Source: Phoronis australis
Lineage: Eukaryota; Animalia; Phoronida
Length of the DNA: 64,000 bases
Direction of reading: 5' to 3'
Assembly: GCA_002633005.1 (NCBI GenBank)
Contig: NMRA01000034.1
Coordinates: 1,166,012 to 1,230,011 of the forward strand
The position numbers were made by a program, and so were the translations under genes. Below the pieces are notes generated by a model, which made no database searches, was not told the origin of the DNA, and saw only the letters and a list, made by a program, of their open reading frames with translations. This document shows, piece by piece, positions 12,156 to 26,100 of this stretch (its first letter is position 1; every line of letters starts with the position of its first letter).

Positions 12156-14769
12156 TAGATTTTTATAGGCTTCAATAATTACATTCAAAAGTGATGAAAC
12201 CATTAACATTAAAAAATACAAAATTACAGTCTTATTTGATTTAACTTATATTTTTCCTTCTGTATACTTTGTGTTTCATTCTTGCCTTTTAGGAAAAGTA
12301 AATGGGATTTTCAACATGCATTACACCCTACAAGTCGGGTACGTGTTATGAACTCTAACTTTGTATGCCTTTTTTCAGTCAGTGGATTTGTCAAAGGGAA
12401 ACAACGCAGATGACCCAAAGCAAGAGTGTCCTCCCAATGGAAAACATTGTTTAATGGTAACACAGTGAACTACTTAACACAAGATGGAGACCAAACAAGG
12501 ATTAAAAAATACGTGAATGTTTTTATGCGAGAAGTAGCTAAGGAAGACTTAAGGAGTGATGCAATGCGAGGACAGAATGCCAGGTACAAACGTCAGTTCA
12601 CAGTTCTTGTCATATTGGGTTAACTGCTGAATCCCCTGCAATAGTCCTATATAACATGCAAAATTCTGAGAACCACTTTGCCGGTTGCGGCAGTGCCTTG
12701 CTGTTTGCTTGGTGCTAGTGTTGAGCTGTGCTATAGAGAAGTGGTATATGAACATCGTTATTTAAACTTTGCTTCAATTTGTAAATGAAAGCTATGTGAA
12801 TTTTTCATTCATTTTTATGAAATTTGCAGTTTTAAGTCCAAACCTTTGGCATTCCGTCTGTATGTCACACAATGTCGTTGGCATAATTTTTGTCGCTCAT
12901 AGCACGATGTCGGAGACATAGTATTCACAAAGGTCTGTCTGCATGTCACACTATGTCCTTGGCATGACATCTCTAAAGGGAATCTATTTTTTTCATATTT
13001 TGCACTGAGATGTAGGTGGGACTTCTCCAAGCGCCATTTGATATTGTTTTGAATAGGGATTCTGTCATGCTCTTAAATTCCCCTTGTATTTTTACAAACA
13101 TTATTAATAGTTGAGTTTTGTGAAGCAGTTGCCAGGCTTATTTTTTGTGTCATGGTTTGCTCATTTCTTTTTGGTCTGGCCCTCTGGTTCATTTCTAATG
13201 TTGAGGACCAGGCCATTGACTTGTTGCTGCTGTTAGTTTTGTAATTGTTCTCATCTTAAACAAGTGTTGTATAATATTAAAAGGGTTTTGTAAAGTAGAT
13301 TATTGTACATAGTTCATTAATACTTAGACTTATTGTACACTCTGCACATGCCATGCTGATGTTTAGTGTATACTTTGTTTCAGTGATTATTAAGTAATTC
13401 TGATGTTGATATAAGTTGATGCAATGTGAAGTTTCACTTTGTATTAAAATAATAAGAAATAAATAACTCTCTGCCTGTTGCATGTAACAGATGTGTCGAT
13501 GGCTTTGCTTCAACACATCTTGGCCACAAATTTGGCAGCAGTCAAGCTATATTCTTTACACCTTCACTTGCTGGTAATGTTTGTTTTGAAAAAATTAAAA
13601 CTGAGAGGGGGGAGAGATCTCTTATTTATGCTGCTGCTGTAATAAAGAATTCTCTTGGCCCAGAAATTAAATGCCCCAATTCAATTAATACTGTTAAACT
13701 TAATAGTAAAAAGTGGCTGTAATTTTCTTAGCCATTCTTACACTTTACCTTTCTTAATTATGTCATTTTTCATTATTGTTCATGCCCTCACTATTTAGTA
13801 TCATCTCTTTATTTCATCTCTCCTGGTCAAAATTTCACCCTTAACTTGTTATTAATTGCTGCTTTGTTACCTGTATCTAGTTATTGTTTCATGTATTACA
13901 TTCTACTGTATTGCATCCTGATGTTGAAGGCCCCTTAAAAGCATATTTTGGCTAAAAACAAATGTGATTAAAGATATGCATCGGTTTCTTCTATTATCAC
14001 AATTGTAATGGTCTGTTTTTACCTTGTTGTTGGTGTTGTTGCCGTTGTTCACATATGCGCTGATTTTAAATTTCGTACTCATATTTTGTCCCAAACAAAT
14101 GCGATTAAAGGTATGCATAATTTTTTCTATCATCACAATGGTACTGGTATGTTTTTACCTTCAACAATAACTATTTTGTTGATCATATTTTGTTAACTTG
14201 GAAGCTCATAACCTAAACATGTGTATATTATGTAAGTTGAGGTATTTATATATTTTGATGGGCAGCATTTACAGATGTGTATTTTTTAACAGATCTCACT
14301 TTGTCCCTAGGTTCTCAGTATAATTTTTTATAAACTAGAGTATTGTACAGTGATGTTTATTTTCTGGGTAAAGTTGTTTCCTTTTTCCTGTTATATCTAT
14401 TTGTATGCATGTTTTAAAAATAAAAACTTGTGTGATTAGATATATTGCTTATCTTTCATATTACTTCATTTATTGTAAAATAATTGCAATGTAAGTGCAA
14501 CCAACCTATTGGGATGTAACGTTTCTACAAAATTCGTTCTCAGCCAATGTAACTGCCATATAACAGGTTTCTGGTTCCTCCATATGAAAATCCAGGTCAA
14601 AAAGAAGGTCACAAGTAGTCCTATTCAGTTGGAGAATTTTATGATGCCATCTTAACTGAGGCAGGCCAGCCAGCTGGCTCTCTATTGTGTTGGCAGGGAA
14701 TGGGGTAATTGAAACTTGCGCTTCAGTTAACAATTCTAATTGGGTTTTGGCTTGAATTTTCAGCAGGGA

Positions 14770-14990
14770 TAGATTCGTCATGATTCTGATGCCTTTTCCA
14801 TCCACTCCAATTTTCTCCAAGCATTCAATCATTTTTGTGAGATGGACGCGGTCGAAGGCTTTTGAGTAATCAATAAAGCATGTATAGATTTCCTTTTGGA
14901 CTTCAGTTAGTTTTTGTGTTAAGATATTGAAGCAGAATATCGCATCTTTTGTTTCGCTCTTGCATCTAAATCCAAACTGTTCACGAATTA
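14770..14990 (-). mobile_element. RTE-clade LINE reverse transcriptase remnant (upstream part)
   Basis: EQFGFR...TKDAIF...CFIDYSKAFDRV...GVDGKGIRIMTNL. Confidence 0.85.
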
Positions 14991-16456
14991 ATGACCCCGT
15001 AAAATGTGTCTTGTCCAGTGAAATGCGGAGTGTGAAAATATGCAGCACGTACACGCAAGTAGAATGCAGTGAATTAATGATTCTAAAAAAAGTAATCACT
15101 CTGGAAGTTACGACAAATTAAAGAGTCCTCAATATCTCACGGTTTACAAGTGCTATTGAAATCGTACAATCCAAAAATAAGAGAATCCTAGGGCTTCAAG
15201 AATTTGCAAAATGTTACCGTCAAATATTCTTGAACCCGCAAAGTTTGACGACTAAATGAATGCATCGCAATATGAAACAAATAAATGAAACTAATATAAA
15301 TAAATGAATCTAAAATGCAGTTAATTAACGATTCGTAAACCGCCATGAAATAATCGGTGAAAAATATGTCCATATTAGTGAATCCGTGAAACAAAAATTA
15401 CTAAGGCCGCGTAAAGTGAAGCTAACTATAAAAGGGTAATGTGCTGCGGATAAATGAATATGTGAAATGCAAGGAATGAATCCAAAAAGTGCGCACTAGT
15501 ATCTGAAAAATGCAATTATAATCCATAAAATGAGACCACTGATTGAACTTGCAAAATACAACAAATTTGAGAATCCTTAAAACACTATGAATTGGACAAC
15601 CTGAGAACTAACAAACCAATTAATTTGTGCAATGCAAAGAATTAGTGACTGCGTAAATGCTAAGAACGTGTGAATCTGTGAAATGCAACATCTTATTGAA
15701 CATGTAAAAAGATAAAAAAATTAACCAGTAATCTATATAATGTTACTTACAAATTAAGAGTAACTCAATATAAAAACCAATAATTATAAGAGTCTATACC
15801 CAAAATTACAGATTTTTTTAGACTTAGCACATGAGTTTGGTTTGGTGAGATGTAGAAAATCTCGCCTTTTATATTAAGAATTTCCATCCATCATTTCTCT
15901 TTTTATGACCTATACCTTCATTTTGCAACAAAATTGGGTGCCGAAGGAGACATATTTGAATGCATTTTACTAGCATGTATAGTGAGCTGATAACAAATGA
16001 GTGATACGATTTGAAAGGTCTATAACTAAATAATTTAATGAACAACTTTCAACACTCATTTTCAAATTTGCATGCTTTGATCTTGTGTGGCACAAACGGC
16101 TATTTTGAAGGTTTTTAATGAAGCCATTTTTTTGCCAAATTTGGCACTCTGTAGCAGCCATATCACACCTTGCCAAAAACCTGACCTTACAATAGTTTTT
16201 TCAGTCATTCCTAATCTGTTCATAATCTAAAGTAAAAAAATCTTGTCTCTCCCGTGCTTTTGCGTTACACGAACTGCACTTGGTCCTATATGCCTGTTCC
16301 TAGTTGCCTCAACCAATAGGGGGCTCTTGGAACATGTAATTAGCTTGCAAAAATGCGACGTGAAAAGTTTGTATATTAGAGATGGCATTACTAATTACCA
16401 TTCTATGAAAACCGCAATGATGACTTTTGATTATTACAAAAAATTATTTACATAAA

Positions 16457-16524
16457 CATGGGCGACGCAGCACTGAAAAAAGTGGGGGCTATAACCCCCA
16501 GTCCCCTATGGTGCGCCGCCTATG
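16457..16524. mobile_element. Ultra-short CATGGGCG MITE (68 bp), 5-bp TSD ATAAA
   Basis: TIR catgggcg...cgcctatg with identical flanks; homologous to 20769-20819 and 40647-40723. Confidence 0.8.
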
Positions 16525-17758
16525 ATAAATTACGACTAGCATGCGTGTATGGAGACTGTGCACGCGAGTAAACGCCTTATCCAAGTTATCATCAAATCAA
16601 GTCGCTCGAAAATGTTTCGCAAAAGCAAGAATTTGGGCTTTTGACAAGGACAAAGCGTGTACCTGAATCCACATCAAAGCAGTCGGCAGGAAAAAATGAT
16701 TCCCACTTGCGCTTATACGATAACATTTGCTCAGGCATCTAGCTACAAAACGAACAAATAATTTTCTTTGAAAACGTATAAATTCAAAAAGGCGCATAGA
16801 CCTAAATACGCGCACGTGCGTGCACGTGAATATGGATGTTTGGACTTCTTTATAGATATAAAGGTACACAACATTTGGAACACCGCGAGTAGTTTCGTAG
16901 CCTCAAATTTCTCTAACAAGCGAAATTAATCTGCGCATGTACAAACTTCAGTCTTGCGGCCAATCATTCTCCAATTTGAAAGTCACACACTGGGGTAAAC
17001 AATCTGAGCACGTGACCACCAAATTGTATTATCTGGGCTCAAAAAGTTTAAAGAGATTACGTGACTTGCAGTGAGTATTTTTGTCAATTTCACGCAGTGT
17101 CATTGGTCAATTTACGAGTCGAGTCACGAGTAAAGTTTAGTGGTCGCGGGCCTAGGAATCCTGCTGCCCTAAAGGTTAGATCTGTTACTGGCGTAAGGGC
17201 TTTGCGTCTGTACAAAGATTTAATATGGCTACGTGGTTCCTCACCTAGATTCCTCCCTCTCACCACCACTTTAGCCTCGCAGTCGTCACCAAGTTTGCAT
17301 TCCCTTCAAAGCGGGCGGACCCCTTTGAAGGTAACCAACAGAAACTTCGTAATCCATGCTTGAACCACTGCTAGTCAATGCTGTTGCCGTTTTTTAAATA
17401 CAGTCTCTCGTTTTTGTTTGTTTGTGTCGCATGTCTTGATGTTGGTGTACTTCACATTAACATACATGTAGTTCGTAGTTTTCAATATGTTTATGTCATA
17501 CCTGTTTCTTGTAAACTTGTTTTTAATCTCAAAAAGGATCGAACTTGTTAGATGTCACAGTTGTATATCAGACTTACAAACAAAAAAGGCGGAAAGTCCA
17601 TTCGTGAAGCAGGCACTTGGTCTTCGCTAATGCAACAATGGTGTGTAGTAGTTCACCTAGGTGATTTTTAAAGGTGATTGATGAGTTTGAGTATAAACTA
17701 CGACCACGTTTACAACATGTAAACTGAGTATTTTCGCTTTTATAAAACGCATGGTAGT

Positions 17759-17918
17759 CAGTGGCGGATTTAAGGGGAGGGGGAAGGGAGCCATGGCCCT
17801 CCCAAAAGTTTTCCCAGGTTCCATTTGGCAGTTCGGGGATCCTAATGTCTGAAGCAACAAAATCCTGGCTAATTCTCTGTCATGGCCCCCCTAACTCAAA
17901 ATCCTGGATCCACCCCTG
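17759..17918. mobile_element. CAGTGGCGGAT MITE (160 bp), 5-bp TSD GTAGT/GTCGT
   Basis: TIR cagtggcggat...atccacccctg; homologous to 62970-63129. Confidence 0.8.
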
Positions 17919-18090
17919 GTCGTGTTGGCAATCATGTTATAATAGCACCCACGGCCAGGCTTTCGACGTTTGATAGAAAGGCAACAGCTTGCGATGATGT
18001 TCTGTACATTTCAATTTATTAATATACATGTACATGTAGTTATTATAATATACTAACAGCTACCAATCCTAAAACATGTTAAAACTTTTA

Positions 18091-19514
18091 TATAGACATA
18101 ATTCACGCGGCGGACATTAAAATCCAAAGCGAGGCTCATTGCGATAAACAAAGCGGAAGATGACATAGCGTGAGTTACATGGCCGGTCTTTCGAGTCCAA
18201 GCTGGATATTAAATCAATAAAATGTGTCGATAATTAACCAAAGAGACGTAGAAAAATACATTAGAGAACAAGTCAATGCACCAAAGAGTTGTCTGACGAA
18301 AGGGTAAATTTTTTTTCGGAAAACAAGGTTCGAAACATTTCAAGTAAATGTGACCAAATTGCGGCGATCGCAGTGTTACAGATTAGGTATCATGCTGAAT
18401 GCAGGGTTACGTAAATTGCTGATAAAAATGCTTTCTACACGAAACAGGTCATCTGCTCGTATTGTTGACGAGTTGAAGATATATTGGACAGTGGTGGCTC
18501 ATCGCATTTTGCTGCCATGTGCAATTAGTCACATCTGGTTGAATTTGTTGATAAAGAATATCAACATCAAGCATATAGCCTACAGTGTAGGTCCTGGTGA
18601 GGTAGGGACTACCGGGACTAACAGTTGATTCGTCATTGATCTGAAAGGATAATTGATGTTATTAAATATATTTTTTATTTAAATAAAAAAACAGGCTCGT
18701 AATTCTGGACCAAGTAGAATTTTAAAATTAAAACATCTAATTCGTTCGTCCAAAGCATAACCTCGTTTTAGAGCTAAGTTTCAGTTAACTGGACAGAGCA
18801 AGCATATGTTTCTTCACGGGCCTCGCTCATCCGAGGGGAAATGTGGCTGTGCCTTCTGAGAGGGTAAATTTTTCGCTGAGTGTGGGGAAAAATCTGCATG
18901 TACCTCCCGATCACCATCAATAGCACCCCCGCCCTGTTGCAAGCTCTCATAGGTTCTGTCTCAAGTAGCATTTTGTGTTCTTTCAAATTGTCTTGTGATT
19001 TGAACTCCAGAGAGAAATTTTCAATCACTAGGGGAATTTTTAGGCCTCGTGGGGGGAATTTCCGAATTTCGCGTGATTTTTCAAATATTTTTGAGAGGGG
19101 AATAGGGCCGGTATTCGGCCCCAAAATCGAGAGTGCTTTAGGGCCCTGTCCTTTTTGGAAAGAAAATGCATCGTGTTTCAACTCGTAGTCATGAAAACAT
19201 AGTCTTGCTGCGACCGAAGATTCTCCGGTCGTAATTGCTTTGATGCCCGGCAACCGAGATGCGACAATCAAAATGTGATCTAACTTTTCGAAAACATTTA
19301 TAAATTTTACACGGTCATATTTTCCATCGTGGCGGCGTATGGCAACGACCCAACGCTTCCGATTCTAAACTTCCTTAGGGATTGTAAAACAGACAGTTGA
19401 GAGCGTCTTTTTCAGCCGTTCAAGCAACGCGGAATGCACTATGCCGATAAGCCAACAGAGCTTAGCGAGCCTTGTTTTGGAACGCGCCTCCTGACGACGT
19501 GAATTAGGTCTATA
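18091..19514. mobile_element. About 1.4-kb non-autonomous TIR element, copy A
   Basis: Ends tatagacataattcacg ... cgtgaattaggtctata; alignable along its length to the reverse complement of 25897-27341. Confidence 0.88.
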
Positions 19515-19961
19515 GATTTCCTTTCTCTCTCGCCTTCCATATTGTTGCGCCAATTTCAACGTATTTAGATTTTTTGTACTAAGCGAGATGTAGAAAATTG
19601 CCAATTCGTTCCAACCATTAGGAGCATCATGTTAAGCAATGTACGTGGTTTTAAGCAAACGGTAGTCCTTCTGCTTCACTCTAGTTCAAGTGTCATTGGG
19701 TAGACTTCAAACGTATGGTATTTTACTCAAAATTGATTTCTAAATAATTTCAGGTACTCCATCTACAAAACGGCTGCCAAATCGAATTGTACTAAACTTT
19801 ATATTTCATACGCGTGGGCAATTTAACAATGATGAAGTAGGAATGCCGAGATTTACGAAATGGTTTCGGACGACGAAACATATTTTGAGTAGTAAAACAG
19901 GTCAAAATAAAGAATAAAATATATTCAAAGTTGCCCTTCACGGCAGTATAGGTTGTTAAGG

Positions 19962-20164
19962 TCACACTTGTGTCGTAAATGGCGTATTGACATCTGCCTC
20001 ATCGGCGTCAACGAAAGTAGATCTACATTCAGTGGAACGACCGGCATTCTCTTCAGATTCCAACTGGGCTACGTCAGAAGAATCACTGTTGCTACAAAAT
20101 CCTTCGAATGTCGGTGAAAATGGAACATAGCGTAGGAACTTAGGACGCCGCAAGAGTGACATTC
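19962..20164 (-). CDS. SLC23A: SLC23 terminal coding exon 13 ([19 protein letters not shown]...TTQV*)
   Basis: Acceptor tttctag in phase 1; YxPxxPxF motif; ends in a T-x-V C-terminus and TGA. Confidence 0.88.
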
Positions 20165-23100
20165 CTAGAAACAAAACAAAATACGAAACACATCAATTAG
20201 TCATTACGACTCTGATCTGTCTTGTTGAAATAATTCTCAAACGCAACAAAGACTCATCAAATCTCAGAACTATCAAGATCCCTTGACACTTGCTTACTCC
20301 AAAAAACGCCGTTGTATTTAAACGATAAGGACCGAAACACTGAACTTAGCGTCCTTCCGACCCCTTGTTATTAGTCTGCGTCCGACCAGCTGTGACTTCA
20401 ACCTCCATTCGGCCTTATGGCGTATGTCCGTTATTTACTGGAATGTCAATGCCTGATCTATAAGTGGATTAAGTTTTTTTGAGGGTTCTCATTTAACCCG
20501 CGAAAACATAACAACGTGTCCGTAGTGTTGCAACCGTTAGCTACATACGTGCAGATAGTTTGTCTATCCTTGTTATCGGTCGGGGTTCGCATTAACGGAA
20601 CCAGATTTCTGGCACACTTATAATTATTGCGCCAAACGGACCGATCTGTACTAAATCGAAATAAATGAAGTTCAAAGTTGGTGACAAAGGCATTCAGTAA
20701 ATGTTTGGACAACGGAAACACTAGTTTATCGGGCGTCGGTTCTTAAAGTACATCTCCGTCCGTGATTACATGGGCGCCGCAGCACTGAAAAAAGTGCTCC
20801 ATAAGGTGCGCCGCCCATGGATTGGCGAAACGCTAGCATCTGACTTGGTTGTAGCACCACCAAGTGAATTTGTTGTTGAAAGTATCCCATTGGCTATGGG
20901 CGGGTCCCTCGTGTCAAGAAAGCTGTTGTCACGTAAGCGCGCTATCTCATGGGTCTTTATACGAGAATAAACTTTTCAAATGAGCTTCAGTAAGTAACAC
21001 GTTGCGACCGTATACCATTTACATTTAAGAGAGCAATTCACACCACTCACTCTAATGTATACATGTATGATGCATCACATTGAAAAGCAAATGTAAAACA
21101 AACGGGTGATTAAGCTATCTGAGGAGCCTCTCGCATCAGAGACAATTTGCCATGCCGTTCAATTTCAAAAACGCAGTAAAAAAAGGTTGATAAAAAGGTT
21201 GTGAATACATTCACATTTTGTAAGGAGGAATGTGAACACACAATTTATATTTAGTGATTTTGTCTTTGTATCAAATCCTTTTGACATTCGTTCGAATTGT
21301 GTTTTTTGGAAAAACATATGTAACGCTTAATTTAACTGGTGTAGGTATAGAAAATTGGGGCACCTGATGTTATTAATGTCATGATTTATTTAACTTAATT
21401 TTTGCATATAAAACAGTAACCTAAAAGAGTCTATCCCCACTGAGTCTAGCATGATTAACAATAGAAAGTATAGATTATTTCAATGTTGAAAATTTATTTT
21501 TGATAAAAATTGTAAATTTGAAAATAGATCATCTCTTGTAGGTTCACTCTTTAGCTAAAAGCCTAGTCCCAGTGCGAGTGTGAGATTTGTATGTGGTATG
21601 AATGACATTTTTGCTATCTTTGTTTGTCGTACGTTCATAACTACATATACATGTATAAGACAATTGTCATGCCAAAGAAATAAATAAAGGAAAGCGCTCG
21701 GAGGAGCGACACTTGGCGAAAATAACGGAAAAGACGAGAGGGAGATGATGACGACGATGGTGATTACGATGATGATGGTGGCGATTATAACATTCATACT
21801 AACGAAGATGCAAAAAATCAGTAAGAAATAGGCCATAGTCTTGTTCAATAGGTGGTAAACCAACATCAGTGCAGCAAAATTGGTCAATAAAGGAAAAGCG
21901 TCATCAGAAAATCTCAAATAATTCGAAAAGTAGACGTACTATCGAAAAATGAAAAATACAGTGTACCATCTGAAAGCCCGTTCAGAACTCTTTCTAACAA
22001 GATAGTTTCGCAAAATTCTGTAAAATTTTCGAAAAGTCAAATTTTGATTTTTTTAGATTCAAAGTCAAATAATTCCAAAACCGTACTCAAAAACTGTAAT
22101 CTGAAAAAAATTGATACAAGTCCTTCCAAATAGTAGACCTCAGAGAATCCACATGCAAAAATTCAAGTCATTTTCTTTTCCCGTTCTAAATGGCACCCCA
22201 ACACGACTAAAATGGGTCAAAATGTGCCAGATCCGCCATCTTCAAAGCAGCTTCTGGTTATACAGTACTGGATAATAGCGACTCACAGGAAACTAACACC
22301 TAGAAAATTTCGAAGCAACTGATCCTACAATGCGCCCTCTTCAGCACGAAACATATTCAGCCCGAAATCGAGGTGTACATGCACAATTGCCAATATTTCC
22401 GCCATCTTTATTTGGAAGTGAATGATTTCCTAAACATGCTGTATTTAGCACACGTTTAGTACAATAACCGTACATATTTTCAGCCGTGTACGTCAAAAAT
22501 TACAGCCTCTACGAGCATTTGAATCTGAAATTGAAAACACAATCATATGACCGCCACGTCCGCCATCTTGAATCTGATCATGACGAAAAAACGTGGACTT
22601 CCAGCGTTCCAGAGGTTGTGTGTGAATTCCAAGCAAATCGGACAGAAAATGCGTTCTCAAAAATCCGTCAACGAAGGAACAGCGTCAAAAATACTTAACA
22701 ATTCGCAAACCAGAAGTTCTAGCGAAAAATGAAAAACAGATACTGAAAGCCCGTTCAAAACTCTATCCAAAGGCTAGTTTTACAAAATTCCACACATTTT
22801 CAAGCAATTTTAAATTTTGCATTTTTTGGAAATTAAAAATAAAATACATGTAACTTAAGATCCGTAAGTCTGACAAACAACTTGTTACAGAACATTTGAA
22901 AAAGAATACATGTACCTTAAAGAATCTGCATGCACAAATTCACGACAGCTGCTCTTCCCTTTCAAAATGGTACCGCAGCATGATAAAAATAGGTTAAAAT
23001 GGGCCAGATCCGCCATCGTCCGGCTGAGTAGATTTTGGTAATAGCCAATCACAGGAAACTAACATATGAAAAATTTCGAAGTGACTGATTTGACAATGCA

Positions 23101-26100
23101 CCTTCTCCTTGAGAAAACGTTTTCGGCCATCAATTGAGGTGCGCATGAGAAATGGCCAATAATTCCGTCATATTTGACTAGAAATAAATGAGTTACGGTG
23201 CACTTGTAGCACTTGCCTGCTGCAATAAGCGTATCAATATTCAGCTCCGTATGTCAAAAATTGCGGTCGCTACGAGCATTTGAATCTGAATTCGAAAACA
23301 AAATGGCCGCCACGTCCGTCATTTTGAATCCGATCGTGACGAAAAACAATATGCTTCCAGCGTATCAAGAACAACAGGTCGTATGTGAATTTCGTGCGAA
23401 TTGAACGAAAACTGAGACCTGTAGAGTGCGAACGAACAAAAAAAGAAACAAACTTAGTGTCAGAGCAACATAACTGGTAAAATTTGATAGAATTTCGCCA
23501 AGTAATAAGAAAAATAATGAAAAATAGTATACCAAAAACACTAATTTTGTTACAGAACGCCAGTAATGTAAACAGTTACAAGTGTAACTTTAGCTGGCGC
23601 TTTAGTTAACACTTTGGTAGCGAGACCACTTATTTCAAAAGGTGCACAATGTGCATGTCCTGCACAGGTGAAAGCGTCGTTTGTTTATCGTCACATTAAC
23701 TACATTATGACAGAGAGTATACGAGTTTTGACACAAAATTTCGTTGAAAAGCGATTCAGGTTATGAGGAAAGAAACTGTCTGCTGGACAAAATGACAGCT
23801 CGTCCTTGGCTAAAGCGCTTATTGTTATGCCAATATGAACGTGTTTTCGGCACTCATGTGAACCCATTATAACTGTTCCATCCATCAAACACTCTTTCAC
23901 TGAGGTTTTGGCTGACTAACATTCTAAATAGTTTCACGGAGTATAAATACAAATACATTTCTCAAATAAACCACAACCTTTGATTTATAGATTTGAAAGC
24001 TACAATCCTTACCAAAAGGCAAATCGTAAACCTCGAGTTTCGTCCTGTGTTCCTGGCGTTCACCTAATAAGTTGCGCCATTGCGTAAGACCTCGCTCTTT
24101 GGCTGTCCCTGTAAAATAGTAAAAAGGGTATTAATTTTTTTACTTGGAATGGAGACTTGAATTTCAGATTGAATCGGTCGCTTTAAGAACGATTGCTGGC
24201 AACGTTTCGGAGAATCTATTATCACTAGAAAACGGAAAGTTCAGTCACGAATTCCGCCACCCCCGCTCCACTAAAAGACGTTCTTTGAACCCATTTCGGG
24301 ACCGCCTTTGTCCTGCAGGTACAACACTTCGCCTAAGTTCATTTAGATTCGAAGTGTTACTTTTTTCTCACGGGTGGCCACATGCATGGCACAGATAGCT
24401 GTGAGTATTCCTTTTTTTGATAACAATAATTTATTAATGCTATATTGCTCACTCACCGGGCACAGTGTTATCGAGAACAAATCCAATAAATCCCCCTACA
24501 AACATGCTTGTACTCAACAACACTTTGATGATTTGATCCACGACGGTGTTTCCTGTAATGAAATATCCAAGAGTGTAAATTAACAACTTCAGGTTGCTTT
24601 TCATTTTGTCATTTGGAACATCAAATTGGGAGTCTACCGTAACATTGCGAAATAATACAGTGGTTATCAATTCACTTCAATACTGGTTTCCAAGAGGAAC
24701 CATTGCATGTCGAGTCTACGGCGAATTTAAGGTAGCTCGATAGCTCGTCAAACATACCTAAAGCAGTCGTTGTTTCACGACGTTGTCTAAGTTATAAAAC
24801 ATGTCATCAGATTTCAAATACCAAAAATTTATTAGTTTAACAAATATTGGTTTTGCGTTGACTTTTTGTTATTCTGGCATCAAATAATGGCGAGCAATAT
24901 CAAAATTCCCAATTTCATTCTGAAAAATAGACCTTAGTGTAGACAATTGGTGTGACTTCATTTAATCGGCAACTTTAGATTTACTTAAGATTAGAAGAAA
25001 CTTCTTGCTTATATTGTTGACACATCCGCCAAACTTTCTTAACATAATCGCCATCTAGTGAAATGCAGCAGGTAAATCGTGGTCTTGAAATTGGCGCGTG
25101 CTTTTGGGAAGGTCACATTGCTTGTTATCATTATGTGACTCTGTTTGAATGAACGTGGATATGAAGTTCGTCGCCGAAGATGGGACCGTTTAAGAAGTTG
25201 TTTGCATGTCCTTCAGACTGGGAGTACGTACTGTTGCGACACCCAATTTGTCAATCATACCTTATCACCTTCCGGCATTGTTTGATTGGTGCGCATTTGG
25301 TTGTTTCAGTGTTTTGCAGACGATAAACTGTAAGGCGTGTGGATTTCTACTCCGCACTACTTTGTGATACGCCCATGTAATATCAAAAATACGTACTCGG
25401 TGTTATTAACCAGTCGTGTGGTAACACATTCCAAGTCACGAGAGAAAACGACGTTAACGATTTGTTGAGAACATAACACAGTGCGAAAGATTTTATGAAT
25501 GAGGCTGTGGCAGAAAGTTTTGATCCTTAAACTAATCTATCGCAAAATTTAAATGCAAAAAGTCACGTAATTACAGTCACTATCAACTCGTCATTTTCAC
25601 AAACTGGACTGGTGCATAACGAACTACTGTAACAGTTGCGTTAGTTTCAGCACGTCTTACCTGTCTTCATTGCCCCGTCGTTTTGGGGATTCGAAATCCA
25701 CTGTGGCAAGGCAATTCCGACGAATATTGAAAATCCAAGAATGAATAGATTTCTGGAGGAATTCAAATTCACAAACTGCAAATTGGACAGCCCAACAGAC
25801 GTAACCATGCCTAAATGGGGGAAACAAAGTGCGTCACAGCATGAAAAATGATAATACAGATGGAAAGCAATAATAGTTCAGTTAATTTCGCGTCAGTATA
25901 GACCTAATTCATGCCGACAGGAGGCGCGTTCCAAAACGAGGCTCGCTACGATCGCTCTATTAGCTTATCCGTAAACGGCTAGAAAAAATACGGACACTCA
26001 ACTGTTTGCTTTGCCATCCCTAAAGACGTTGAGATTCGGAAGCGTTGGGTCGTTGCCATACGCCACGACGAAGCAAAATAGGTCCGTGCAAAATTTATGT

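Noticed and set aside
18774-19271. 165-aa ORF inside the 1.4-kb element
   Set aside because: No transposase motifs, and the ORF is not preserved in the second copy.
21555-21917. Hydrophobic 120-aa ORF resembling a membrane protein
   Set aside because: The hydrophobic run comes from a GAT/GAC trinucleotide low-complexity tract in a repeat element.
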